Positions 50,285 to 58,795 of a stretch of 64,000 nt of DNA are shown piece after piece. This DNA is from a bacterium (lineage in GTDB: Bacteria; Patescibacteriota; Microgenomatia; UBA1406; GWC2-37-13): contig JAKAHA010000005.1 in the NCBI GenBank assembly GCA_021825445.1, forward strand, positions 21,316-85,315. The letters run 5' to 3'. Under the pieces are notes generated by a model. That model saw nothing but the letters and a program-made list of their open reading frames with translations, made no database searches and had not been told where the DNA came from. Both the position numbers and the translations under genes were made by a program. Numbering within the stretch: position 1 is the first letter of the stretch; every line of letters starts with the position of its first letter.

Positions 50285-51061
50285 ATGAATATATTTAATT
50301 CGTTGATTTTAGGACTTGTTGAAGGGATTACAGAATTTCTTCCAATTTCCTCAACTGCTCATTTGATAATTTCCTCAAAATTACTAAATATTCCTCAAAC
50401 GGAATTTCAAAAATTTTTTGAAGTATTTATCCAGTCCGGGGCAATTTTGGCGGTAGTAGTCATTTATTGGAAAGTGATTTTAAGAAACAGAAATTTAATT
50501 ATTAATATTATTTTATCTTTTATTCCAACAGCGGTTGTTGGTTTATTACTTCATAAAATAATTAAAGGAGTTTTTTTTGAAAGTTTTACTTTGATTGCAA
50601 CAAGCTTATTTATCATCGGATTATTATTTATTGTTTATGAATATTTATTAAAAAATAAATATGTTAAGGCAGAAAAAAAAATTATTCAGATGACAATTAT
50701 TCAAGCGTTATTAATTGGCGTTGGTCAATCGCTGGCGGTTGTGCCGGGAGTATCAAGAGCTGGGGCAGTTATTCTTACAATGTTGATAATGGGTTTTAAT
50801 CGTGAAGAGTCGGCTCTCTATTCTTTTGTTCTGGCAGTGCCAACGTTACTGGCAGCATCTGCTTTTGATTTTATTAAAACAAAACCAGAAATAATTTTTA
50901 CTGGTAATAATCCTTTGTTTTTGATGATTGGTTTAATTACTTCATTTTTCAGTGCAATGATAGCTATTAAATGGTTTATTAAATTCCTACAAAAGAATAC
51001 TTTAACTTACTTTGGAATTTATAGAATAGCTCTTTCTATTTTTACTTACTTAGTTCTTTAA
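50285..51061 (+). CDS. uppP: Undecaprenyl-diphosphate phosphatase (BacA)
   Basis: LGLVEGITEFLPISSTAHL, IQ.GAILAV, PGVSRAG, FGIYRI. Confidence 0.95.
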   Translation: MNIFNSLILGLVEGITEFLPISSTAHLIISSKLLNIPQTEFQKFFEVFIQSGAILAVVVIYWKVILRNRNLIINIILSFIPTAVVGLLLHKIIKGVFFESFTLIATSLFIIGLLFIVYEYLLKNKYVKAEKKIIQMTIIQALLIGVGQSLAVVPGVSRAGAVILTMLIMGFNREESALYSFVLAVPTLLAASAFDFIKTKPEIIFTGNNPLFLMIGLITSFFSAMIAIKWFIKFLQKNTLTYFGIYRIALSIFTYLVL

Positions 51062-51103
51062 TACTCCTGATTGATATAATATGAGAGTGGAATTTATATT
51101 GTA

Positions 51104-51174
51104 GGGCCTATGGTTCAACGGTAGAATGTGGCATTCGCATTGCCAAGATCCGAGTTCAATTCTCGGTAGGTCCA
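51104..51174 (+). tRNA. tRNA-Ala(CGC)
   Basis: Cloverleaf GGGCCTA/TAGGTCC with G3:U70; anticodon arm TGGCA-TT CGC AT-TGCCA; T-loop TTCAATT. Confidence 0.92.
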
Positions 51175-51204
51175 CACGAAATTTGATATAATCTCTGGTA
51201 AAAT

Positions 51205-51276
51205 GGATCTGTAGTTCAACGGTTAGAACGGTACTCTTATAAAGTACAGGCGATGGTTCGACTCCATCCTGATCCA
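51205..51276 (+). tRNA. tRNA-Ile(TAT)
   Basis: GGATCTG/CTGATCC acceptor stem (U6:U67 mismatch); anticodon arm GTACT-CT TAT AA-AGTAC; T-arm GATGG-TTCGACT-CCATC. Confidence 0.9.
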
Positions 51277-51290
51277 CAGAATGTAGTTTT

Positions 51291-51363
51291 GCCGAGATAG
51301 CCAAGGTGGTCACGGCGGAGGTCTGAAAAACCCCAGATGCGTGTTCGACTCACGCTCTCGGCA
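51291..51363 (+). tRNA. tRNA-Phe(GAA)
   Basis: GCCGAGA/TCTCGGC acceptor stem; anticodon loop CT GAA AA; T-loop TTCGACT. Confidence 0.92.
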
Positions 51364-51389
51364 CCGTTTTTTGATTTGACAACATTTTT

Positions 51390-52898
51390 ATGCGAAAAAT
51401 TCCAGGTACGATGATTTCTCAACATCCGGACCATGGTAATAAACCTTATTGGCAAAAAAATGCTTTCATAAAAACTGGGGATGAAATAAAAGAATGTTTT
51501 TTATCTTTTTCTGAACTTGGAACTTCTGAATATAAGTGGGACTGGGAAGGGAAATATGTTGACGAATCAGTGATCGAGAAATTGTTGAGCGAACACCACG
51601 AATATTTTAAAAAAAATCTACTTGGAAAAGAAAAATTTTTAACTTTTAGATTACCTAATCCAAAAGTAGAAACAGAATTTCGGTTGGGACGAGCATTTAT
51701 GGGAATACTGGGCGCAGCTGGACTTGCCAAAAAAATTGGTCTTCATAGTCCGCCACTATTTGAAGTAATTCTACCAATGACTGAGTCAGCCGAAGAAATG
51801 ATTGCAATTCAAGAAGCTTTTAAAGAAATAGCATCGCTTAAACACGCTCTTTATGATTTTGGAGAAGAAAGCTTAAAGCATATTGAAATAATTCCGTTAT
51901 TTGAACAAGTGTCAACAATTATCAGCTCGCATAAAATTTTGGAAAAATATTTACAATTGCATAAAAAAATATTTAATTTTAAACCGCTATATATTCGACC
52001 ATATTTAGCTCGCTCTGACCCGGCTTTAAATTCAGGACTTGTCCCTACAGTTTTGGCTATCAAAATCGGACTTTCGCATTATCTGGATTTTGAGAAAAAA
52101 TATAATATTAAACTTTATCCAATCATTGGTTCGGCATCTTTGCCTTTTCGTGGAGGGCTGACACCAAATACGGTTGAGCAATTTTGTCATGAATACAGGG
52201 GGATAAAAACAGTTCTGATACAAAGCGCTTTTAGATATGATTATGAAAAAAAATCAGTCATAACGGCAATAAAAAAATTGGAAAAAATTCTTCCTTCAGG
52301 AAAAGCCGATTCAATTTCAAAAAAAGAGGAAGAAAAATTGGAAAAAATAATTTCTGTTTTTGAAAAATATTATCGAAGTTCAGTTGAGACAATCGCTGAA
52401 CTGGTCAACAATGTATCGGGATACTTGCCAAAAAGACGGGAAAGAGTCTTGCATATTGGACTTTTTGGATATTCTCGAGGCGTAGGTAAGGTGAGATTAC
52501 CAAGAGCGATTGGTTTTACTGGTGCTTTATATTCATTGGGAATTCCGCCAGAAATAATCGGGACTGGTCGGGGAATAAAATATGCAATTGAAAATAATCA
52601 GATAAAATTATTAGAGAAATATTATTTAAATATCAAAGATGATCTAAAAAAAGCTGGTCGATTTGTCCAAAAAGATGAGCTAATAAAATTAGCACATGGA
52701 GGATCCCAAGTTTGGAAAGATATTTTAAACGATATTGTAGAGATAGAAAAATATTTAGGAGAAAAATTTATACCAAAGACAGCCGCCGAAAGAGAACATT
52801 TTGTGCTTGTTAAAAAACTTCACGAAAAAATCGACTCTGGAAAAAATTATCAAATATATCTCAATAAATTGGCTGTTCTTAGGAAAAGTTTGGGATAA
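51390..52898 (+). CDS. ppcA: Archaeal-type phosphoenolpyruvate carboxylase
   Basis: IP.TM.SQHPD, WDWEGK, FLTFRLPNP, IIPLFE, ARSDPALNSG, PFRGG, HIGLFGYSR, LPRAI.F...YSLGIPPE. Confidence 0.92.
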   Translation: MRKIPGTMISQHPDHGNKPYWQKNAFIKTGDEIKECFLSFSELGTSEYKWDWEGKYVDESVIEKLLSEHHEYFKKNLLGKEKFLTFRLPNPKVETEFRLGRAFMGILGAAGLAKKIGLHSPPLFEVILPMTESAEEMIAIQEAFKEIASLKHALYDFGEESLKHIEIIPLFEQVSTIISSHKILEKYLQLHKKIFNFKPLYIRPYLARSDPALNSGLVPTVLAIKIGLSHYLDFEKKYNIKLYPIIGSASLPFRGGLTPNTVEQFCHEYRGIKTVLIQSAFRYDYEKKSVITAIKKLEKILPSGKADSISKKEEEKLEKIISVFEKYYRSSVETIAELVNNVSGYLPKRRERVLHIGLFGYSRGVGKVRLPRAIGFTGALYSLGIPPEIIGTGRGIKYAIENNQIKLLEKYYLNIKDDLKKAGRFVQKDELIKLAHGGSQVWKDILNDIVEIEKYLGEKFIPKTAAEREHFVLVKKLHEKIDSGKNYQIYLNKLAVLRKSLG

Positions 52899-52944
52899 TA
52901 AATGCTCTTGATTTTTATTTTGAAAACTTTATTATTATTACATT

Positions 52945-54150
52945 ATGAAAAATATTAAAGTTTCGGGTAGGTTGTTGGAAGTTCCTGCGTCACCTATTAG
53001 AAAGTTAGTTCCCTATGCAACTGCGGCAAAAAAAAGAGGGATAAAGGTTTATCACCTCAATATTGGTGATCCCGATATTAAAACTCCAGAGGTAATGATA
53101 GATGTTTTGAAAAATTGGAAGGATAATCCAATTGCCTATGGTCAATCTCAAGGTCAACCAAAATTTCTTGAGTCATTAGTCGGTTATTATAAAAAACTTG
53201 GTTATTCGTTTGTGGAATCAAAAAATATTCAGGTGACAACTGGTGGATCAGAAGCGATCTCGATGGCACTTTTTGCAGTTTGTGCACCTGGCGAGGAAGT
53301 AATCACTTTTGAGCCGTATTACGCAAACTATAATTCTTACTCAAAGATAAATGGCGTAAAGATAGTTCCGGTTTTAACAAAAGGGGAGACTGGGTTTCAC
53401 TTGCCAGATAGAAAAGTAATTGAAAAGAAAATTGGTAAAAAAACCAAAGCAATTCTTATCTGTAATCCAAGTAATCCCACAGGAACCGTTTATACAAAGG
53501 AAGAGATGGAGATGTTGGTTTCGATTTGTGTAAAAAATAATTTGTTTTTGATATCGGACGAAGTTTATCGAGAATTTGTCTATGACGGAAAAAAATATTT
53601 TTCGATTCTTGAGTATATGAAAAAATATCCAGACAAAATGATTTTACTCGATAGTCTTTCAAAACGTTATAGTCTTTGTGGAGCACGACTGGGAATGATT
53701 GTCTCCCTAAATAAAGATTTAACCGACGGAGTTTTGAGAATGGCTCAAGGACGACTTTCTTCCGGGTATGTCGATCAAGCGATGGCTGAAAAATTAACTG
53801 AAGTCGACGACAGTTATTTCAAAGCAGTCCATAGAGAATATCAGACTCGTCGGGATCTTCTTTACAAAGGACTAAAGTCTATCCCTGGAGTTTATTTGGA
53901 AAAACCAGAAGGAGCTTTTTATACAATCGTCAAATTGCCAGTAAAAGATAGTGAAGATTTTTGCCAATGGTTGTTGGAAAAATTTAGTTACAAAAATGGA
54001 ACGGTGATGGTGGCACCAGCTGCCGGATTTTATGGAACTCCCGGAATGGGAAAAAATGAAGTGAGAATTGCCTACGTCCTCAATGTCCAAGACTTGGAAA
54101 AAGCGATTGAGATAATCGCCCACGCTCTGGTAGAATATAACAGGAAATAA
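52945..54150 (+). CDS. PLP-dependent aminotransferase class I/II (aspartate aminotransferase-like)
   Basis: LNIGDPD, VTTGGSEA, NPSNPTG, SDEVY, SLSKRYSLCGARLG, PEGAFY. Confidence 0.9.
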   Translation: MKNIKVSGRLLEVPASPIRKLVPYATAAKKRGIKVYHLNIGDPDIKTPEVMIDVLKNWKDNPIAYGQSQGQPKFLESLVGYYKKLGYSFVESKNIQVTTGGSEAISMALFAVCAPGEEVITFEPYYANYNSYSKINGVKIVPVLTKGETGFHLPDRKVIEKKIGKKTKAILICNPSNPTGTVYTKEEMEMLVSICVKNNLFLISDEVYREFVYDGKKYFSILEYMKKYPDKMILLDSLSKRYSLCGARLGMIVSLNKDLTDGVLRMAQGRLSSGYVDQAMAEKLTEVDDSYFKAVHREYQTRRDLLYKGLKSIPGVYLEKPEGAFYTIVKLPVKDSEDFCQWLLEKFSYKNGTVMVAPAAGFYGTPGMGKNEVRIAYVLNVQDLEKAIEIIAHALVEYNRK

Positions 54151-54154
54151 ACCA

Positions 54155-54210
54155 TATGCGGGCGTAGTTTACCGGTAAAATGTCCCGCCTCGGCGGGAAG
54201 ACAACGGGTC
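54155..54210 (+). pseudogene. Truncated/altered 5' copy of tRNA-Gly
   Basis: 28 bp identical to 54446-54473; anticodon arm replaced by TCCCGCC-TC-GGCGGGA; then AGACAACGGGTC versus AGACAGAGGGTC in the tRNA. Confidence 0.8.
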
Positions 54211-54212
54211 AT

Positions 54213-54458
54213 ATGTTTACGGTTTATATTTTAAAGTCGAAAACAACAGGTAAGTTCTACATCGGTTGTACAAATAACATTATTAGAAGATTGCAAGAAC
54301 ATAACGCAAATAAAACACGGTCAATAAAAAATAAAGGACCATTTGAATTAATTCATCAAGAAAATTATAATAGCTTGTCTGAAGGAAGAATAAGGGAGCG
54401 AAAGATAAAGTTATACAAAGGAGGAAATGCCTTTAAAAAGTTGATTATGCGGGCGTAG
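54213..54458 (+). CDS. Small stand-alone GIY-YIG nuclease (81 aa)
   Basis: MFTVYILKS...FYIGCTNN..RRLQEHN, T, E..IK; stop codon lies inside tRNA-Gly. Confidence 0.9.
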   Translation: MFTVYILKSKTTGKFYIGCTNNIIRRLQEHNANKTRSIKNKGPFELIHQENYNSLSEGRIRERKIKLYKGGNAFKKLIMRA

Positions 54459-54520
54459 TTTACCGGTAAAATGCCTCCTTGCCAAGGAGGAGACAGAGGG
54501 TCCAATTCCCTTCGCCCGCT
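54449..54520 (+). tRNA. tRNA-Gly(GCC)
   Basis: GCGGGCG/CGCCCGC acceptor stem, U73; anticodon arm CCTCC-TT GCC AA-GGAGG; atypical T-loop TCCAATT. Confidence 0.88.
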
Positions 54521-54525
54521 CATTT

Positions 54526-56178
54526 TTACAGACCAGATTGAATAACGGCAGTTCCTGCGTTTGTGTCTCCAGCACTTACAGTTCTAACTATTGGATCTCC
54601 ACCTGGATATATCCATTTAACTGGCAAGGCTGCTAATGAATATTCATCATCGATTTTACAAAAACCATTTGTAAGAAAATGTATCATACCATCATTGTTA
54701 TTATTATGTAAAAAATTAGAAAGTTGAATTATCTTATATATACCTTCAACCTTTAATGCATTTGTTAACGGTGTATTATCTGATGCATCAGGAGTGATCT
54801 TTCTATCCAATAGCCATTGTACTACTCGTAATTTTCCATATCCTAAAGCCAACACTTCTCTTTTCATTTTTTCCGTTGTGGCATTTTTTCGAATAGAAAT
54901 ATCGATATCTTGACCATGGATGTGCAGTCTTTCAACTTCCAAATATTTGGCTAGAGTAAAAGCATTTTCATAAAACGCAATTATTTTATCGTCGCTTTTA
55001 CTTAATTCTAAACCTAATTCTTCATGGAGATTTTTTGTAATTTTCCCAAATTCTTCATCGTTAATGCTAAAACTATCAATATTTCCTTTAAGTACATCTC
55101 TGAAAAATTTTAGATCTTCAAATTTCCCGGAAAATTCAAACAAAATTTTTAATTTACCTGAAGAGCGTAATATCTTAAATTGTTCAACCATTTTTTTTGA
55201 AATTTCAGAATATCTGTCTTGAGGTATTCTTTGAAGTTGGTTTGGATCAGTTGCAAAAAAATAATCATAATTTTGAGCAATCATTTTCAATTGATCATCA
55301 GTAAAATTTAATATTGGATCCGTATCCATGTTATTTCCATCCTTGTCATAATAGTGACTAACAACTGCTATTCGATCACTTTTTTTTACTTCATATGTTT
55401 TTTTTCCAATTATAATTTTTATATCTTTTTTAAATTCAATCGGATAATTAATTTTAGTCGGTGCCTCTGGAGTTGCAGATTCAACAATTGTTTTATTTTT
55501 TATTTTTCCATCCTCAATGGATAGAAATTTTAGTTTATCATTTTTGAATGTTGCTGCTAATTCTGAAGAATTGTGTTGTGTTGTGAGAGTTACGTCTTCA
55601 CCAATTGAATCAAGAAGTTTCGTCAAATGAGCTGCCGATCCACCCACTTTAAAAAAATCTGGATTAGGAGAAAATATCTCATTAATCCAGTCTCTTAGCT
55701 TAAGACCTGTTCCGACCTTACCATCAAGATCATTTATTTGCATTCTGCCGTTACCTTTACCTATAAATTGTCTAATAATGTGAGCAATAATCTCTTCGCG
55801 TGTTGTAACTATATATGGAATATTGCCATCAGTTTCCACTATTTTAATAATTTTTTCTATTACATTTTCATCGGTAAACTTTTGTGCACTGGTTATGGCT
55901 TTATCTATTATGTCGTTGGCATTATCAGGATTTAGATTTATTAACTTATCAACACAAACACTATTACCTAATAATATTTTTTTATTTGTAGGAGTCAACT
56001 TTTTACTTTCAGAAAATAATTTACTTAAACTGTAGACTCCACTATAAATAATTTTATGAGTGATACCTTTTAATTGTTTTTCTAATAATTTCATATCTTT
56101 AAATTGTTGAAGTGGGAGAGTAAAAAGTCGAGGTTTACCTGTATCAGCGTGATATGCTTGAGAATGTATTTCAACCAT
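54526..56178 (-). CDS. ADP-dependent glucokinase/phosphofructokinase family protein (ribokinase fold)
   Basis: VGGSAA, FEFS, SFSINDEE, RLHIH, C-terminal RTVSAGDT anion-hole motif. Confidence 0.75.
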   Translation of the reverse strand: MVEIHSQAYHADTGKPRLFTLPLQQFKDMKLLEKQLKGITHKIIYSGVYSLSKLFSESKKLTPTNKKILLGNSVCVDKLINLNPDNANDIIDKAITSAQKFTDENVIEKIIKIVETDGNIPYIVTTREEIIAHIIRQFIGKGNGRMQINDLDGKVGTGLKLRDWINEIFSPNPDFFKVGGSAAHLTKLLDSIGEDVTLTTQHNSSELAATFKNDKLKFLSIEDGKIKNKTIVESATPEAPTKINYPIEFKKDIKIIIGKKTYEVKKSDRIAVVSHYYDKDGNNMDTDPILNFTDDQLKMIAQNYDYFFATDPNQLQRIPQDRYSEISKKMVEQFKILRSSGKLKILFEFSGKFEDLKFFRDVLKGNIDSFSINDEEFGKITKNLHEELGLELSKSDDKIIAFYENAFTLAKYLEVERLHIHGQDIDISIRKNATTEKMKREVLALGYGKLRVVQWLLDRKITPDASDNTPLTNALKVEGIYKIIQLSNFLHNNNNDGMIHFLTNGFCKIDDEYSLAALPVKWIYPGGDPIVRTVSAGDTNAGTAVIQSGL

Positions 56179-56216
56179 GACTAAAATAATATCATATTTA
56201 ATCAAAAATACATCAA

Positions 56217-56795
56217 TTATTTTAAGTATCTCCCTATAAATATGGTCAGCCAGAGGAAAATCAGAAGGCAATAAACAGTCTCTGATATGGCGTTAAAATA
56301 GTTAAAAAACAAAAAAATATTTCCTGCAATTGTTTCTACAAGAATTAATAATTTTGAAAAATGAACAAAGTTTTCGCTATTTGTTAATCTTGCCAAAGTA
56401 TATTGTGAAGATATCCAGGAAAAAAAAGTAATGATAAAAATTATTAAATGAATAAAAGGGAATTGGCTAACTGGGAAAAATCCAAGTAATCCAAAAGACA
56501 AAATTGCCACGAGTAAAACTGCAGCGGGCAATGTCTTTAATCTCAAATTATAAAACTTAAAAACGTAATAAGCAAAGCTTAGATCCAAAAAACTTTTTAT
56601 AAAAAATAAAGAATTGAAAATAGACAGATTTTTACTATCCAAAAAACGAGCTAAACCAGAAATTGTATAATCGGAAAAATTATAACGATTAGTTTTGACG
56701 CCCATATAGAAAGTTGAAGATAAGAAAAATAAGATTGAAAGAATCGCATTGTATTTAAAGATCGTAAGCCGATTGGTAGATTTGGATTCGTCCAT
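56217..56795 (-). CDS. Membrane protein (DUF998-like)
   Basis: YNFSDYTISGL, G.FP, His before a TM helix; 5-6 TM helices. Confidence 0.55.
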   Translation of the reverse strand: MDESKSTNRLTIFKYNAILSILFFLSSTFYMGVKTNRYNFSDYTISGLARFLDSKNLSIFNSLFFIKSFLDLSFAYYVFKFYNLRLKTLPAAVLLVAILSFGLLGFFPVSQFPFIHLIIFIITFFSWISSQYTLARLTNSENFVHFSKLLILVETIAGNIFLFFNYFNAISETVYCLLIFLWLTIFIGRYLK

Positions 56796-56802
56796 AAGAC
56801 CA

Positions 56803-57246
56803 TTATAATCCTTGGAGAATTTTTTCGAAAGCCTCTTTGTCAGAGTCATAAGTCAGGGTTTTTTTTACTTCATCTTGACTCACAAATTTTGCATCACTCA
56901 TTTCGAAGTCGTGATTTTTTGGATCACCCGATACGTATTCCATGAGGAAATAATAAACGGTTTTTTTGTATAGTACTCCTCCAAATTGATATTCGTATTT
57001 ACTAATAATAGGTTCAGGGTTAATAATTTTTGCCTTTATCCCGCCCTCTTCCTCAACTTCGCGGATGGCAGCTGTTTCGTTTGTCTCATTTTTATCTTTG
57101 TCACCTACAAACCCCTTAGGGAAAACCCAGCCTTTATGTTGAGAATGCTGGCAGATGAGCCAAGTTAGATCATAGATATTAGATCCTAGATGATAGATTT
57201 TTTTGAATACAATTCCTCCGGCGGAAACTTGATTAATTATTTTCAT
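56803..57246 (-). CDS. NUDIX hydrolase
   Basis: SAGGIV, WVFPKG, AIREVEEEGG Nudix box. Confidence 0.9.
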   Translation of the reverse strand: MKIINQVSAGGIVFKKIYHLGSNIYDLTWLICQHSQHKGWVFPKGFVGDKDKNETNETAAIREVEEEGGIKAKIINPEPIISKYEYQFGGVLYKKTVYYFLMEYVSGDPKNHDFEMSDAKFVSQDEVKKTLTYDSDKEAFEKILQGL

Positions 57247-58795
57247 AACCAATTGCGTCTTTAATATTTTTAAATCCATCTTTTTCCAATAACTCCTCCA
57301 ACTCTAGGTTAATTTGCGATATTATTTGTGGTCCTTGATATATCATTCCTGTGATCATTTGAATAAGCGATGCCCCAAGCTTTATTTTTTCATAGGCATC
57401 CTGACCATTAAAAACTCCACCACAACCGATGATCAATAATTTTTTACCAAACTTTTTGTATGTCAATTTAATCAGTTCATTTGATCTTTTCTCACAAGGT
57501 TTACCGCTAAAACTCCCAACAGAAAATTTTTTTACCTCTTGTTTGTCTAGCAACTTACTTTTTCTGTCCTTCCAAAGATTTCCAATGATCACTCCTTTAA
57601 CAAATTTATATTTGATAACGACATTAAGCAAAGAAACAAATTCTCGGTCGGGGATAGATATGGGCATCTTGACGAAGATTGGCTTTTTTAACTTCAATCG
57701 TTTAATCGATTGAAGTAATTGATTAAAGTTTTCTGGTTTATAAAAGTCAACATCGGTATTGAGCAAATTTGGGCAGCTGATGTTAATCTCATAATAGCTA
57801 TTTTTTATTTTTAACTTTTCAAATATTTTAAATGAATTGACAATATCTCCAATCGCTTTTTTTGTTGAATCTATAGATTGATTGTTGGACATTCCGATAC
57901 TGATCCCCATCGGGATCATAAATCCTTCGACTCCGCTCAGGACAAGTTTTTTAGAAGTTTTTTCGGCTCCTAAGTTTCTAAAACCTTTATTAACCATTAA
58001 AGATCGTGATCTTGGTAATCGTCCTAAGCGAGGAGGAGGATTACCTTGATAGGATAAATTAGTTATTGTCCCCACACTTTGAAATCCAAAACCGATGGAA
58101 TAAAGAATCTGAGTTAATCTTGACTCATAATCAAATCCGGCAGCTAGTCCAATAGGTCCTTCAAAATTGATTCCGACCAATTTTTGTTTTAATTTTGTTG
58201 ATGAATAATTAAATTTCCAATTAATATATTTTTTAAAATAGCTATTTCCTAATAGCTCACCTAAAAAAATATGTGAATTGTGAATAAATTCGGCGTCAAA
58301 CAAAAAAAAGATTGGCTTAATAAATTTCTGGTATATAAAAGCAATGATAGACAATCTGAGAATAAATCTCTCTTTTTTGAATATTTTATTAACAAGAAAA
58401 AAAATTGTAAAACTCAATAATGCAGACAACATGCAATAAGTACAAATACTATTTAAGATAACAAGTTGGATATAGATAAAATATAAAGAAAAGATTGCAC
58501 CGATTGCAGATTGAAGAATAAGCCAATATATAAATATTTTTTTTCTGTAAATTGCAAACAATATTATTGCGATCAAAAGAAAAGAATATTGAATAACTCC
58601 AAAAACAGCCAGTGGAACTCCAAACATTATGGAATAGGAACTTCTCAAAACTTTGCCACAGTCTGATGCAATCGGTAAGAATCTGTTGACCTTACATGGG
58701 GGAATGACCTGGCTATAATGTTCATAAGTTAAATATCCTGCGTCTGTGATACCTAAAATGATAAAGAGAGTAAGTAAAAATGTTTTTAATTTCAT
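57233..58795 (-). CDS. pyrD: VKOR-domain / class-2-like dihydroorotate dehydrogenase fusion
   Basis: N-terminal VKOR (loop Cys pair, C..V..S.YS...GVP, ICTYC). C-terminal PIGLAAGFD, QGNPPPRL.RL, EINISCPN, FVKM, SGKP, IIGCGG, GASLIQ, YQGP. Confidence 0.88.
   Translation of the reverse strand: MKLKTFLLTLFIILGITDAGYLTYEHYSQVIPPCKVNRFLPIASDCGKVLRSSYSIMFGVPLAVFGVIQYSFLLIAIILFAIYRKKIFIYWLILQSAIGAIFSLYFIYIQLVILNSICTYCMLSALLSFTIFFLVNKIFKKERFILRLSIIAFIYQKFIKPIFFLFDAEFIHNSHIFLGELLGNSYFKKYINWKFNYSSTKLKQKLVGINFEGPIGLAAGFDYESRLTQILYSIGFGFQSVGTITNLSYQGNPPPRLGRLPRSRSLMVNKGFRNLGAEKTSKKLVLSGVEGFMIPMGISIGMSNNQSIDSTKKAIGDIVNSFKIFEKLKIKNSYYEINISCPNLLNTDVDFYKPENFNQLLQSIKRLKLKKPIFVKMPISIPDREFVSLLNVVIKYKFVKGVIIGNLWKDRKSKLLDKQEVKKFSVGSFSGKPCEKRSNELIKLTYKKFGKKLLIIGCGGVFNGQDAYEKIKLGASLIQMITGMIYQGPQIISQINLELEELLEKDGFKNIKDAIGYENN
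57690..57716. repeat. 27-bp palindrome, identical to 24676-24702, inside CDS
   Basis: AACTTCAATCGTTTAATCGATTGAAGT. Confidence 0.85.
57922..57946. repeat. REP-like element inside CDS
   Basis: ATCCTTCGACTCCGCTCAGGACAAG, encoding LVLSGVEG; GC-rich relative to context; single copy in this window. Confidence 0.55.

Noticed and set aside
51050..51455. Minus-strand ORFs 51050-51313 and 51237-51455
   Set aside because: Antisense to three well-formed tRNA genes.
54180..54212. 11-aa N-terminal extension of the GIY-YIG ORF
   Set aside because: It derives from the pseudo-tRNA hairpin; the family-typical start is MFTVYIL at 54213.
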